A stretch of 64,000 bases of DNA from the human T2T-CHM13v2.0 reference genome, Homo sapiens. The stretch is from NCBI RefSeq assembly GCF_009914755.1, contig NC_060945.1. One strand, 5' to 3'. This document shows positions 1 through 12,860 of the stretch, in pieces. Under the pieces are notes generated by a model. It saw nothing but the letters and a program-made list of their open reading frames with translations, did no database searches and was not told where the DNA came from. The translations under genes and the position numbers were made by a program. Numbering within the stretch: position 1 is the first letter of the stretch; each line of letters opens with the position of its first letter.

Positions 1-282
<282 letters not shown>

Positions 283-1300
283 CTAATGTTATACCTCAAG
301 GAACTAGAAGAAGAAGAACAAACTAAACTTAAAGTAAGCATGAAAAAGAAAATAATAGCTATCAGAGCAAAAGTAAACCAAAAGAATATAGAAATAGAAA
401 AATCAATAAAACTAAGAGTTGATTTATTGAACAAATAAAATATATACATACCGTTCTGGACTAAGCCAAAAAAAAAAAAAAGGGAGAAGACTAAATAAAT
501 AGAATCAGAAATGAATGTGAAGACATTATAATAGATGCCTTAGAAATAAGGATAATTAGAGACAAATATGAGCAATTAATTATATGCCATTAAATTGGAT
601 AATCTGCAGAAAAAAATAAATTTGTATAAACATACAACCCACCAAAACTGAATCAGGAAAATAATGAGAGCCTAAACAGAGTAATAGCAAATAAAGAGAT
701 TGATGTGGTAATTAAAAACCTTCCAACAAAGAAAATTCCTGAATCAGATGGCGTAATGGCTGAATTCTAGCAAACATTGAAAAAATTAATATCAGTTCTT
801 CTCAAACTCTTTCAAAAAATATATAACTTGAGGGAATACTTTCAAACTCATTTTATGAGGCCAGCATTATCCTTATATTAAAGTCAGACAAAAGCGCTAC
901 AAGAAAAAAAAAGCTTACAAGTCAATATCTCTGATGACCACAGTTGCAAAAATCCTCAGTAAAATCGTAGCAAACCAAATTCAACAACATATTGAAAAGA
1001 TTATACATTATGACCAAGTGGGATTTATCCCTGGTATCTAAGATTGGTTTAACATATTCAAATCAATCAATGCGATATCTCACATTAACAGAATGGAAGA
1101 CAAAACTCATAAGATTATTTTAGTAGATGCAGAAAAAGCATTCGACAAAGTTCGACATCCTTTCTTGATAAAAACTCTCAACAAATACTACCAAGAGCAA
1201 TCGGACAAGAAAAAGAAATGGAAGATATCCAGATTGGAAAAGAAGTAAAATTATTCTATCTGCAGATGACATGATCCTATATGTTGAAAAACCTAAAGGA

Positions 1301-1320
1301 CACACACACACACACACACA
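1301..1320. repeat. (CA)n microsatellite inside L1
   Basis: CACACACACACACACACACA. Confidence 0.9.
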
Positions 1321-1636
1321 GACACTTAAAACAGATGAATTCAGTAAATTTACAGGATACAAAATTGACATTCAAAAATGAGTTACATTTCTTTATACCA
1401 GTAATGATCTATCAGAAAAACAAATAAAAAAGATAAAGATAATCCCTTTTACTATAGAATCAAAAAGAATAAAATACTTAGAAATAAGTTTAATCAAAAA
1501 GATGGAAAATCTGTACACTGAAAGCTATTAAACACTAATGAAAGAAATTAAAGACACAAATACATGGAAAGCTATCTCATGTTCATGGGCTGAAAGAATT
1601 AATTCTGTTAAAATGTCCACATTACCCAAAGAACTA

Positions 1637-1948
1637 TAGTTATCCTCAATATCCATGGGGGATTGGTTCCAGGACACCCCGTGTGGATAACAAAATCTCT
1701 GGATTCTCAAGTCCCTTTTATAAAATGTAGTAGTATTTCACATAACCTACACACCTTTTTTAATATTTTAACTCATTTCTAGATTCCTTATAATATCTAA
1801 TACAATGTAAATGACATGAAAATAGTATAGTTGTTATACTGTATTTTTAAAATGTCTTATTTTTTAATGTATTTTCTTCTGAATATTTTTTGATCTGTGG
1901 TTGGTTGAATCTTCAAGTATAGAACCCATAGATACAGTGGGCTGACTA
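1637..1948 (+). mobile_element. MER2 (TcMar-Tigger non-autonomous DNA transposon)
   Basis: TAGTTATCCTCAATATCCATGGGGGATTGGTTCCAGGAC...CCATAGATACAGTGGGCTGACTA; terminal inverted repeats, TA duplications at 1635-36 and 1949-50; L1 resumes in register after it. Confidence 0.85.
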
Positions 1949-3442
1949 TATACAGATTCAATGCAATGCGTATCAAAATTCCAATGGCATTCTTCACCTA
2001 AATAGAAAAATTTGTATGGAACCACCAAAGACCCCAAATAGCCAAAGCAATGTTGAGAAAGAAAAACAAAGTTGGAAGCACTAGATTTTCTGACCTGAAA
2101 TTCTATTAATAAGCTATAATAAAAAGAGTATGCTACTTGTATAAAAGCCCATACACAGGCCAATGGAGTAGAATAGAGAACCCAGAAATAAACCCAAGCA
2201 TATATGGTCAACAAATTTTTAACAAGGGCACCAAGAAGATACAATGAGGAAAGAACAATATTTTCCACAAATGGTGCTGGGACAACTGGATATTCACGTG
2301 TAAAAGACTGAAATTGGACACTTATTTTAAACCATACAAAAAAAAAACACACTCAAAATGGATTAAAGACTTAAACATAAGACTGTAAACTGCAAAACTC
2401 CAAGAAAAACACATAAGGAAAAAGCTTCTTGACATCTGTCTTGTCAATAAGTTTTTAGATATCACAGCAAAAGCTCAGGCAACAAAAACAAAAATAAACC
2501 AGTGGGATTAAGCAAAAACAGACAAATGGGACTACATCAAACTAAAAATATTCTGCACAGCAAAGGAAATAATCAACAAAATGAAAAAGCCTATAGATTG
2601 GGGAAAATATTTGCAAACTGTATATCTGATGAAGGGTTAATATGCAAAATCTGTAAGGAGTTCACACAACTCAATAGCAAAAAACAAGTAATCTAATTAA
2701 AATTTGGTAAAGTACCCCAATAGGCATTTCTCCAAAGAAGATGTAAAAATGTCCACCAGGCATATGAAAAGGTGCTCAACATAACTAATCATCGGGGAAA
2801 TGTAAATCAAAATCACAATGAGATACTGTGTCACACCTGTTACAATGGTTATATCAAGAAGACAAGAGAAGTGTTGACAAGGGTGTGGAGGAAAAGGGAG
2901 CTTTTTTATACTGTTGGTGGGAAGGCAAATTGGAACAGCCATTATAGAAGACAGAGTGGAGTTTCCTCAAAAAATTAGAAGTAGAACTACCCTATGACCC
3001 AGCAATTCCTCTTTTGGGTATACATCTAAAAAAATTAAAACAATATGTTGAAGGGATACCTGCATCTCCATGTTTGTTGCAGCTTTATTCACAATAGATA
3101 AAATATAGAAACAATCCAACTGTCTGTCCATAGATGAATAGATAAAGAAAATATATAGGCATATATGTATGTGTGTGTATTTCATACATATATAAAATAC
3201 ACATATATATGAATATTATTCAATCTTAAAGAAGGAGATTCAGCCAATTGTAACAGCATGGATGAAGTTGGAGAATATTATGCTAAGTGAAACAAGCCAG
3301 ACATAGAAAGAAAAATAGTACATGGTTTCACTTACATCTAGAATTTAAAAAGAGTTGAATACATAGAAACAGAATTGAATAGTGGTTATCAGAGGCTGAA
3401 GGATGGGGAAAAAATGAGGAGATGTCAGTCAAAGGGTTTCAG

Positions 3443-3806
3443 TGTTGCAGTATCTCAGAATGTAACTGTATTTGGCTACAGGCCTTTGAATAGATGATTA
3501 AGTTAAATAAGGCTGTTAGGGTGGTCCCTAATTCAATCTGACCAGTGCCCTTGTAATAAGAGGGAATTTGGACACATAAAGAGACACCAGGAATGCACAA
3601 GCACAGAGTAAAGTCCATGTAATGGCACAGTGAAAAGGTGACCATCTCAAGCCAAGGAGAGAGGACTCTTTTGGCCTCAGAAGAAACCAAACTTGCTAAT
3701 CTCTTAATCTTGGACTTCTAGTCTTTAGGGTGATGAGAAACTATATCTCTGTTGTTTAATCCACCAGTCTGTGGTATTTTGTTATGGCAGCCATAGCAAA
3801 CTATTA
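3443..3806 (+). mobile_element. MLT1B-like MaLR solo LTR
   Basis: CAGTATCTCAGAATGTAACTGTATTTGG...CAGTCTGTGGTATTTTGTTATGGCAGCCATAGCAAACTA; L1 3' UTR continues after it (GTTAGACA). Confidence 0.8.
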
Positions 3807-4389
3807 GTTAGACAAGAACACTGCTAATGTCTTTTCTAGACCTAAAATTCTACTGTTGTTTTTAAAAGATTGCTGCTGTTTTCTTGAGAGTCAAAAGTAA
3901 ATGCAGATAATTCCCATTATCCTGGTGTGGTCTTAAGGAAATTTTTAGTGTTCTCATTATCTTTCTTCCTTTATTTCTAGATACTTACTATAAGTTTTCT
4001 AGTAGCAAGATTGGAATCCCATCAGTTGACAGTGTATGAGCCTAATATTATACATTGTAAATCATTCTCACTAGCATTTTGTGTATACTTATTAATATAT
4101 TTGTTATTTCAATTCAGAATCATTGCTTAAGTTTTCTGATCTTTATAGTTTCTCTGATTATCCTCTGATTGATAAAGTCTTTATGATTAAACTCTTCAGA
4201 CATTACCATTTTGTTTCTACAATGTCGATATCTTCATGTTTCCAGTATCTTCACTATCAGATCCTTGCCATATCATCCTTTTCACATAATTATGATAAAT
4301 TATAAAAATCTCACTGTATTTGGTATTATTGTAAGTTAAATGATATGTTCAGGATTTGCAAAGGTATATTGCACATTTTCATGATGTCA

Positions 4390-5419
4390 CAAAAAACTAA
4401 TGATAACCAGGACTCCTTAGATAAATGATTAATTCTAAAACTGAGGCAGAAAATGTACAAGCTGAGCCCGGACCATTTTTTAGTGCAGAAAGCAAATAAA
4501 TGCTTACAAACAAACAAACAAACCCATATTGATGTAGGTGTGTCGAAGGGACACAGGAGTCAACTGAAAGCGCTCCCAATGGCCAAAGGTGGAATAAGTT
4601 GAGCAAGAAAATAAAGTAGTACAGGATAAAATTTCAAAGTATAACATCCATATCCATGAGTCCATATTGATATAATAATATCAATATCATAAATGATTGA
4701 ATAAATAAGTAATTAGGAGAGAATGGACACATCTCCCATATAGAAGAATTCCAAATAATTTATGTAAACACTCCACTCTCATGGAGGGGGTAGACATAAT
4801 GACTTCCCTCCAACAGTGCAGTATGGAAAGTGATGGAGGGAATGAGTAACTTTACGGTGAAGAAGCCTGATGAAGCTAACTGAGCGTGATTATCAATGTC
4901 AACATTAATAGTCATAACTCATGTTGATAGTATGTACCCTTGACACGCTGTCACAAAAATAGCACTTTATTTCTGTAATATTCCTTTCCCCCAAGCCCAA
5001 TAACCTCAGTATAATCATGAGAAGAACATCAAACAAATTCCAGTGGAGGGACATCCCACAAAATACTTTACTCCTCAAAAGTGTTCAGATCATCAAGTAA
5101 AAACAAAAACTAGGAAACTGTCACAGGCATCAGGAGCCTAAGGAGACAGACATAATAGCTGAATGCAATGTGGCATCCTGAATGAGTTCCTGGAATAGGA
5201 AAAGGATATTAGGTAAAAACCAAGGAAATCTGAACAAATTATGGACTTCGATAAATGAATAACAATGCATCTGTATTGGTTCATTAATCATAACAAATGT
5301 ACCATATTACAAACAGGAAAAACTGAGCCTGGAGTACATGGAAACTCTGTGTACTATTTTGCAAAATTTTCTGTAAATCTAAACCTGTTTTAGAAAATAA
5401 AGTTTATTTTTAAAAAAAA
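4390..5419 (+). mobile_element. Old L1 (L1MC/L1MD-type) 3' UTR
   Basis: Characteristic L1MC/MD 3' region ending GTAAATCTAAACCTGTTTTAGAAAATAAAGTTTATTTTTAAAAAAAA. Confidence 0.7.
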
Positions 5420-5683
5420 TGAAATCAGACTTCAGAACTTCTCGGCTATTTTGAGCTTAGTGCTGGTAACATAAAAAAAGGTTTAAACTATCTTTAAAAC
5501 TTCGTGAGGGATGATATGAACATATAACTAGGCATTTCTACTAGCTTTTCAAATAAAATTAACTTAGTTTTGGCTTACAAAAAGATTATGATGAAGCCTA
5601 CTCTAATTTCCCATACATCACAAAGCTTTTTCCTTAAATATTAAGTTTTGAAGAAATGTAATTTAGTAGGACATTTTTGTAAC

Positions 5684-5824
5684 TTTTTTTTTTTTTTGGT
5701 ATTTTTAGTACACATGGGGTTTCACCGTGTTAGCCAGGATGGTCTCAATCTCCTGACCTTGTGATCCACCCACCTTGGCCTCCCAAAGTGCTGGGATTAC
5801 AGGCATAAGCCACTGCACCCGGCC
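5684..5824 (-). mobile_element. Alu left monomer only, with poly(A)
   Basis: T14 then GTATTTTTAGTA...GTGTTAGCCAGGATGGTCTC...GCCACTGCACCCGGCC. Confidence 0.9.
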
Positions 5825-6001
5825 ATACAACCTTTTAAGTTTGAAAATTGCCTTTACAAATGTGTCATAGTTACCATTAATTCTCACTTCGTAGATAGGG
5901 TAGCTAGTACACAGATGTGCTTAGTGTCCAAAGCTAATAAGACAGAATCAAGACCTGATCCCAATCATCAGACTCCTAGTTGAAGTTTCTTTTCACCACA
6001 C

Positions 6002-6243
6002 CAGTGGTCTCCAAACATTTTTATTGCACAAACTTATCAGTAAAATATTGTGAGAAGCAACCACAGTATATGAATATGTGTTTATAAATTATATGCATTT
6101 ATATCTAAATTATTTTGGGTAAACTATAAAGCATACCTCAAAGTAAGTATTAAGATGATTCAATTACAAATTTATACAAACTGAATTTTTATTTTTTTCA
6201 TGCACCAGATGTTTATTTGTGCAGCCCTCTTTGTAAACTACTG
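6002..6243 (+). mobile_element. hAT-Charlie MITE (MER112-like)
   Basis: CAGTGGTCTCCAAAC...CTTTGTAAACTACTG terminal inverted repeats with an AT-rich interior. Confidence 0.55.
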
Positions 6244-6249
6244 CTCCAA

Positions 6250-6487
6250 TTATTTATTGATGTGTAACAAACCATCTCAAAACACATTATTTTGTGGCAA
6301 AAAAAGCCCACTTATTATTATCTCTCATGGGCCTGGGGTTGACTGGGCTCAGCAGGGTGGTTGTTACTTAGGGCCTCTCATATGGTTGCTGTCAGATGGT
6401 GACTGGGGCCTGAATCATTTGGCTTGCTTACTCACCTATTACACCTGGGCTGGGGAGACCCACATAACAAAAGAACTGAGGGTCCTC

Positions 6488-6527
<40 letters not shown>

Positions 6528-6550
6528 GTGCATGAATGTATGTATGTGTA

Positions 6551-6587
<37 letters not shown>

Positions 6588-6840
6588 TCTGTTTCCCTCC
6601 AGCATGATGGCTTTAGGGTCACTGGACTCAGAGCTCCACGGCATATGTTCTGGAAGAGGCAGAACCAGAACATTTATTTTTCTCTTTTTCTGACCTAGAC
6701 TATAAATTTATGCAGCCTCACTATTGATTATTTAAAAGAGTCACTAAGATCTGTACATACCCAAGGCAGGGGTGGACTTAGACTCTACTTCTTGATGAAA
6801 GCAATGTCAAAGAACTTGCTGACATGTTTTTAAATCACCC
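6250..6840 (-). mobile_element. Old MaLR LTR (MLT1H/J-like) containing a (TG)n repeat
   Basis: TAACAAACCATCTCAAAAC...GACTGGGCTCAGCAGGGTGG...GACTCTACTTCTTGATG are typical MLT1 motifs. Confidence 0.55.
6488..6584. repeat. Compound (TG)n microsatellite
   Basis: Two runs of about 15 TG units separated by a TG-rich spacer. Confidence 0.95.
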
Positions 6841-7160
6841 AAAGCAGAAAGTCTGAACTCTGGTAATTTTATTTTATGAGATAAATTCTTAATAATCCAT
6901 TGGTGCAGAGAAAGAAATAAAGTAGCACCCCATGCTTCTCACAGCTGCCTTTTTGTGGCTATTCTCATAAATAATTCTACTGATACTCTCCTTTTCTGTA
7001 ATTGATTAAAGAGATGCTCGTTCCCAGATAAATTAAAACTCTTTCCTTCTCATCAAAGCCTAGAGCAGCTTTGCTGGGACTTTGCTCCTTCAGCCTAAAG
7101 CTGTGTCCACCCTGACAGGAGATCAGTATTTTTGCAAGAAAGGCTGCTAATATAGTAGGG

Positions 7161-7181
7161 TTTTTGTTTGTTTGTTTGCTT

Positions 7182-7218
<37 letters not shown>
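7161..7218. repeat. (GTTT)n plus T36 homopolymer
   Basis: Direct read; pure T run at 7183-7218. Confidence 0.95.
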
Positions 7219-7219
<1 letters not shown>

Positions 7220-7377
7220 TATTCTGCTCTTTCATTGTGCTTTAATGTAAATTACTGGTATTTCACTAGTTGTACTGAGCACTTTTTTGCCTCCTTGGTA
7301 TCAAACCCAATATATTAGTCTTTGGATTACATTTGCCCTCTGCAAAACCAGTGACTAAGAGCTAAAGAGCAGACATA

Positions 7378-7623
7378 GGCCAAGAATGGTGGCTCACGCC
7401 TATAATCCTAGCACTTTGGGAGGCTGAGGTGGGGGGATCACTTGAAGTCAGGAGTTCAAGACCAGGCTGACCAACACGGTGAAACCCTGTCTCTACTAAA
7501 AATACAAAAATTAGCTGGAAATCACATGAACCCACGTGGCGGAGGTTACCAGTATTGCACCACTGCACTCCAACCTGGCTGACAGAGCAAGACTCCATCT
7601 AAAAAAAAAAAAAAAAAAAAAAA
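7378..7623 (+). mobile_element. AluS with internal deletions in the right arm
   Basis: GGCCAAGAATGGTGGCTCACGCC...AAAATTAGCTGG|AAATCACATGAACCC...GACTCCATCT plus poly(A). Confidence 0.92.
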
Positions 7624-9084
7624 CGGAGAACGATCAGTGCCATTGCCATCTGACTTATAAGCATAATTCCATCTCAAACAGTGCTCCTCTTCAATGAAAA
7701 CAAACTAAATGCACCTTGTGCCAAAGTGTAGTGATGTGCCCCTCTTGTTAGTGTACATGCTGAAGACAGTATCTGTTTTTCCCACTGTAGCTCTATTTTT
7801 TACCCTACCTTGGAATTATGCTATTAACTTTTCTATTCTCTTTGATTATAATAGGATTCTGATAACTTTAAAACTCAAAATAGTCTCACTTTAGTAATAG
7901 ATTCAACCTAGTGTATTCACATGAACTCTTATTTTATATAGAGCAAAATAACTTGTTCAGCTCTGGATTGCTACAGCCTGGAAGCCACATTATGAATGGG
8001 ATGAAAGATTTGTCTTTGTATTTTTATCTCTTTCTCTGTTTTGAGCTTTGCTACCTCCTGCCTGAGGTTATCTCTGGATCTTCGAGGGTTGGAGATAATG
8101 GGAAAGAAAGCAAGGATAAATGTTTATATATATTACACTTTTCAGATTTGAGGACACGAGTGTTGTTACCTTTCTCCTCCTACTCACTTTACAGTTCTCA
8201 TTCTCAAATCTTTCTGACCGTTTTCAAACTCAGAAATTCCAGTATGGGGAATTTGTACATTGAAGGGTTTAAGGAAGCAGAACTTCTAGGCCATGTGGAT
8301 GTGGTGCACTCTAAGTACCTGCGGGTTTAGATAAACCTAAGAAGGAAAGAAAGCACAGGGTACATGAGTTTTGATCTCTGATACATTAGAGTCTTGAGAA
8401 CAAGAATGATGAAGGATCAAGAGAGCCAATGGATAAGACTGGAGGAAAGGAAGCAGTGGGCAGGAATAGTGGAGCTTGAGCAGGTGGGCCCCGGGTGCTG
8501 AAGCCTGGAAGGATGGGTGCTGCCTGGACCCACAATGTTCTGTCAATCAGCTTCAGACTCCCTCAGTCACTGCCATAGTCCAGTCAGACTCCTATTTGTT
8601 CTCTCTTTCATTCAAGAGAAAAGATCATGGAATGCAATGAGAATTCATAATTGTATTTAAGTTTCATATGATGCCTAAAATTAATTTTATGAGAGACAAA
8701 AATATTTTAAACAATTAGAAACAAGGCTTAAATGAAAATTCCTCAAACTCTTAAAATGATTGAATGTATTCACACTAAAGAGTGAATGATTAATATAAAA
8801 ATCCATCTTTGAAATGATGGCAGAAGGAGAGAAAGACCACTGGACTCCTGATGGGTAGTAGGGTGACAATACCTAATATTCAGATTTGAGATGGCACAAA
8901 GATGTTTAAGGAAACCAAGACTTTCTCTCTCTCTTTCTCTTCTTTTTTAAACCACAAACACCTTTGGATAAGTAAAAGCTTTTTCGCAGATATATGACAT
9001 TTTACATGGGCCATGTCCCAAATGTTCTGTCTCAAAGTACACAGAAAATGACTTAAAAGGGGCATGGGAGCCAGATTCCCTGTG

Positions 9085-9307
9085 GACAGTAATTCTAATT
9101 CTGAAGAACACATGCAGTTGCTCAACAACGCTGCTGGATTGAGAAATGAGGTCTTGAGAATTACCAAAGAAGTGCTTTCAAGATAATAAAGCTTTGCAGT
9201 GTTCCATCGCCTGCAGAGGAACAGCAGGACAGACGGTTTTTCCCTCTAAAAGGGCTAAACTTCTGAAACCTTACAATGATGGAACTGAAGCTTTGGAGTT
9301 GTTTTAA
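9085..9307 (+). ncRNA. Candidate first/upstream exon of a spliced lncRNA (5' end uncertain)
   Basis: Unique sequence with retained CpGs, a weak TATA-like CTTAAAAG at about 9051, ending at donor TAA|GTAAAT (9308); no long ORF. Confidence 0.3.
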
Positions 9308-9742
9308 GTAAATACAGAAAAAAAAAAAAAAAAAAATTCTGTCACAGTTCACATCACTTCAGGATTGACATTACCTGCTTTTATTTATTTTTTACTTCGT
9401 TTTGGTGATGCTGGTAGAATAGATGTCACTTGAGAGGTCAAGTCTTCAAAACAGGAGGAAAGCAGAGAGGTGAAGCAACTATGTGGAAAATTCAGGGAGA
9501 TTTGCTGCTCATGCGTACATTAGCCTAGACATTTCTTTGAAGAAGCTGCTAGGTTAAGGAAATGCCAGTGTTAAGAAACTGCTTTTGAAATAACTTTTTG
9601 AAATAATGCATTGCTTACGTGGGATTCTTTCACCTCCAGAGTTTTTATGACTAGTGGATCCCTTATTATTTGTCATTTTATGAAAGAATTTCAATAACTG
9701 CACATTAGCTGTTTATCTAAACTTCCAACCTTTTCTTTTTAG

Positions 9743-9817
9743 CTTTTGGCCAGGCCTTTTCCAGTATTTACTTATTTTATGGAAAAACCAAACTTTATCA
9801 CTAGACACAAAATTTAA
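9743..9817 (+). ncRNA. Candidate 75-nt internal exon
   Basis: Acceptor CTTCCAACCTTTTCTTTTTAG| and donor TAA|GTGAGC. Confidence 0.45.
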
Positions 9818-9997
9818 GTGAGCGTTGTCTGTCCCTTGAGCTCACCCACCTTTCTCATCAGCCCTGCTCTTGGTGATCCTCTTGCCTCAGTCCGCTTTGG
9901 CCCCTACATCCTGGCACCAGTGTCATCATGGGTGCTCTTCTCAAATAGCTTTATTGTATTCTCTCTCTCAGTAAAGATACAGGAAATGGTGGCATTC

Positions 9998-10286
9998 TTT
10001 TTTTTTTGAGATGAAGTCTGGCTCTGTCTCCCAGGCTGGAGTGCAGTGGCGCGATCTCGCTCACTGCAAGCTCCGCCTTCCGGGTTCACGCCATTCTCCT
10101 GCCTCAGCCTCCCGAGTAGCTGGGACTACAGGTGCCCGCCACCATGCCTGGCCAATTTTTTGTATTTTTATTAGAGAGAGGGTTTCACCGTGTTAGCCAG
10201 GATGGTCTGGATCTCCTGACCTCGTGATCCGCCCGCCTCGGCCTCCCAAAGTGCTGGGATAACAGGCGTGAGCCACCGCGCCCGGT
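9998..10286 (-). mobile_element. AluY, full length
   Basis: Y-diagnostic CACTGCAAGCTCCGCC...TTCACGCCATTCTCC; many intact CpGs; TSD GGAAATGGTGGCATTC(TT) at 9982 and 10287. Confidence 0.95.
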
Positions 10287-12724
10287 GGAAATGGTGGCAT
10301 TCTTTTACGTTGGCATGAGATAGGAATGTTTATATTTAATTTGTGAACCCCAAAATGTGATCTTGAAGCAAAGATTGATAGCAATGGAAGTAGCAGGTGA
10401 AATCACCTGCTGGAGCTCTACCTGATGCCCCTTCAACTAATGCACCATAAAAATTCTCATCCTCTTCTTAGTCAGATCTAGAGGGAAACCCACTTCACTA
10501 CGTTGTCTGAATGTGACTTGCAGTGAACTAAAAAAAATATGAAATTCTCATCCTTCGTTTAAGATAAGTTCCTCATTGAAAAGAACTAGGAAATAGTATA
10601 TCAATCTTCAATCATTTGAACAAAATGTTCATGATGGTAAATAGGAGGTCTTCTTGAATCATCCCGATAACTTCTTCAGGATTCCACTTCTTGTTATGAT
10701 GACTGGGCATCTCACATTGCATCTGTTTTGAGATTGTCACCAAACTAAATAGGCATGAGAACGACTATAGTAGAGGGAAGCAAATTCTTTGTGTTAACAG
10801 TTGTTACCTGTTTTGCTAAAATCAGTAGCAGAAGGATTGTGATGAGGTTATTTAACTGGACAGTGAATAGGTCTCATTAGGCTAGAATTTTGTAAGGGGT
10901 TCTGCTTACTTGGTTTTACTTCCTTTGGCCAATAGATTAGTGATTCTAATAGCCAGCAATGGTCTACCTGATCTGGGTAGCTACCTAGAAATATGATTGC
11001 AGAGATTCTTTAACTTAAGATTTTACAATATTATACAAATATATTTCTGTGAATAACTGAGTCCACATTTTCTATATACAGTTATTACATGCAAAAATTT
11101 TAAATCACTCATAATCTCAGCATTTTTAACCACTAAAAAATTAGTTTACCTACTTTCATTCTCCTTCAACTCCACATCACTGTAATCACTGTAAATTATT
11201 TTATGAGTATATATTTCCTGGGTTTTAATTTTATTTTGTTTTAAATTGACAGGTAATAATTGTACATATTAATGGGGTACAGAGTGATGTTTTGATACAT
11301 GTATACATTATGTAATGAGCAAACCAGGATAATTAGCATATCCATCACCGTGAACACTTGTCATTTCTTTGTGGTAAGAATATTCAAAATTCCCTCTTCT
11401 AACTATTTTGAAATATACGGTACATTATTTTTTAACTATAGTCATCCTACTGTGCAATAGAACACCAGAACTTACTCCTTCTATCTAACTGTAACTTTGT
11501 GCGTGTTGACCAACCTCTCCCCATTCTTCCCTCTCCCCTGTTCTCCCCAGCCTCTGGTAACCACCATTCTACACTTTACTTCTATAAGATCAGCTTTTTA
11601 AAATTCCACATATAAGTTAGATCATGTGGTATTTGTACCTCTGTGCTTGGAAACTTTTATTTAACATAACGTTCTCTAGGTTAACTATGTTGTTGCAAAT
11701 GACAGGATTTCATTATTTTTTATGGCTGGATAGTATTCCATTGTGTACATACACCCATTTTTTAATCCATTCATCCATTAATGAACACTTAGGTTGTTCC
11801 TATATTTTGCCTATTGTGAATAATGCTGCAATAAACATGGGGGTGCAGATATCTCTTCAACATATTGATTTCATTTCCTTTGGTTATATACCCAAAATAG
11901 GGGTTGCTGGGTCTTAGTGTAGTTCTGTTGTTAATTTTTTAAGAAAACTCCATGCTGTTTTCCATAATGCCTGCTCCAATTTACCTTCCCACCAACAGTG
12001 GCTAAGTGCTCTCCTTTTTCTACATCCTCACCAACATTTGTTATTTTTTTTTATCTTTTTGATAGTCACTATTCTAACTGGGGTATGGTGACATCTCATT
12101 GAGGTTCTGATTTGCATTTTCCTGATGATTAGTGATATTGAGCATATTTTCATACACCTGTTGTCATTTGTATGTCTTCTTTTGAGAAATCTCTCTTCAG
12201 ATCTTTTGCCCATTTTCAAAGTGAATTTATTTATTTCCTTTTCTGTTGAGTTGTTTGAGTTTCATATATATTCTGGATCTTAACCGCTTGTCAAATGCAT
12301 AGTTTGTGACTATTTTCTTTCATTCTGTAGGCTATCTCGTCAACTCTGTTTATTGAGGTTTTGCTGTGTAGAAGCCTTTCAGTTTGATGTAATCCCATGT
12401 GTGCCTATTTTTACTTTGTTTTCTGTGCTTTTGAGGTCTTACTCCAAAAATTCCTTGCCCAAGCCAATGTCATAAGCATTTATCCAATTTTTTCCTCTAG
12501 TAGTTTTATAGTTTCGGATCTTACATTTAAGTCTTTAGTCCACTCTGAGTTGACTTTTGTTAAGTGGTGAGAGGTAGGAGTCTAGTTTCATTCTTCTGCA
12601 TGTTTAGATTCAGTTTCCCAGCACCATTTATTGAAGAAACTGTTCTTTCCCCAGTGTGTGTTCTTGGCACCTTTATTGAAATTCAGTTGGCTTAAATGTG
12701 TGAATTTTTTTCTGGATAGTCTAT

Positions 12725-12860
12725 TAATTTTTGTATTCATTGTAGAGACGGGGTTTTGCTATGTTGCTCAGGAGGGTCTCGAACTCCTGGACTCAAGCAA
12801 TTTGCCTGCCTCAGCCTCCCAAAGTGCTGGGACTACAGGTGTGATCCACTGTGCCTGGCC
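12725..12860 (-). mobile_element. Truncated AluJ (left arm plus linker)
   Basis: TAATTTTTGTATT...TTTTGCTATGTTGCTCAGG...CTCCTGGACTCAAGCAAT...GCCTGGCC. Confidence 0.85.

Noticed and set aside
6200-6693. CV- and HT-repeat ORFs
   Set aside because: Translation of the (TG)n microsatellite
7911-8330. 139-aa + strand ORF
   Set aside because: GTG start, low-complexity L/F/S/Y composition, no domain and no supporting splice structure
10612-10744. Minus-strand 43-codon terminal-exon-like ORF (LVTISKQMQC...DLLFTIMNILFK*)
   Set aside because: Mediocre acceptor, chance-level length, no recognisable homology and no partner exons
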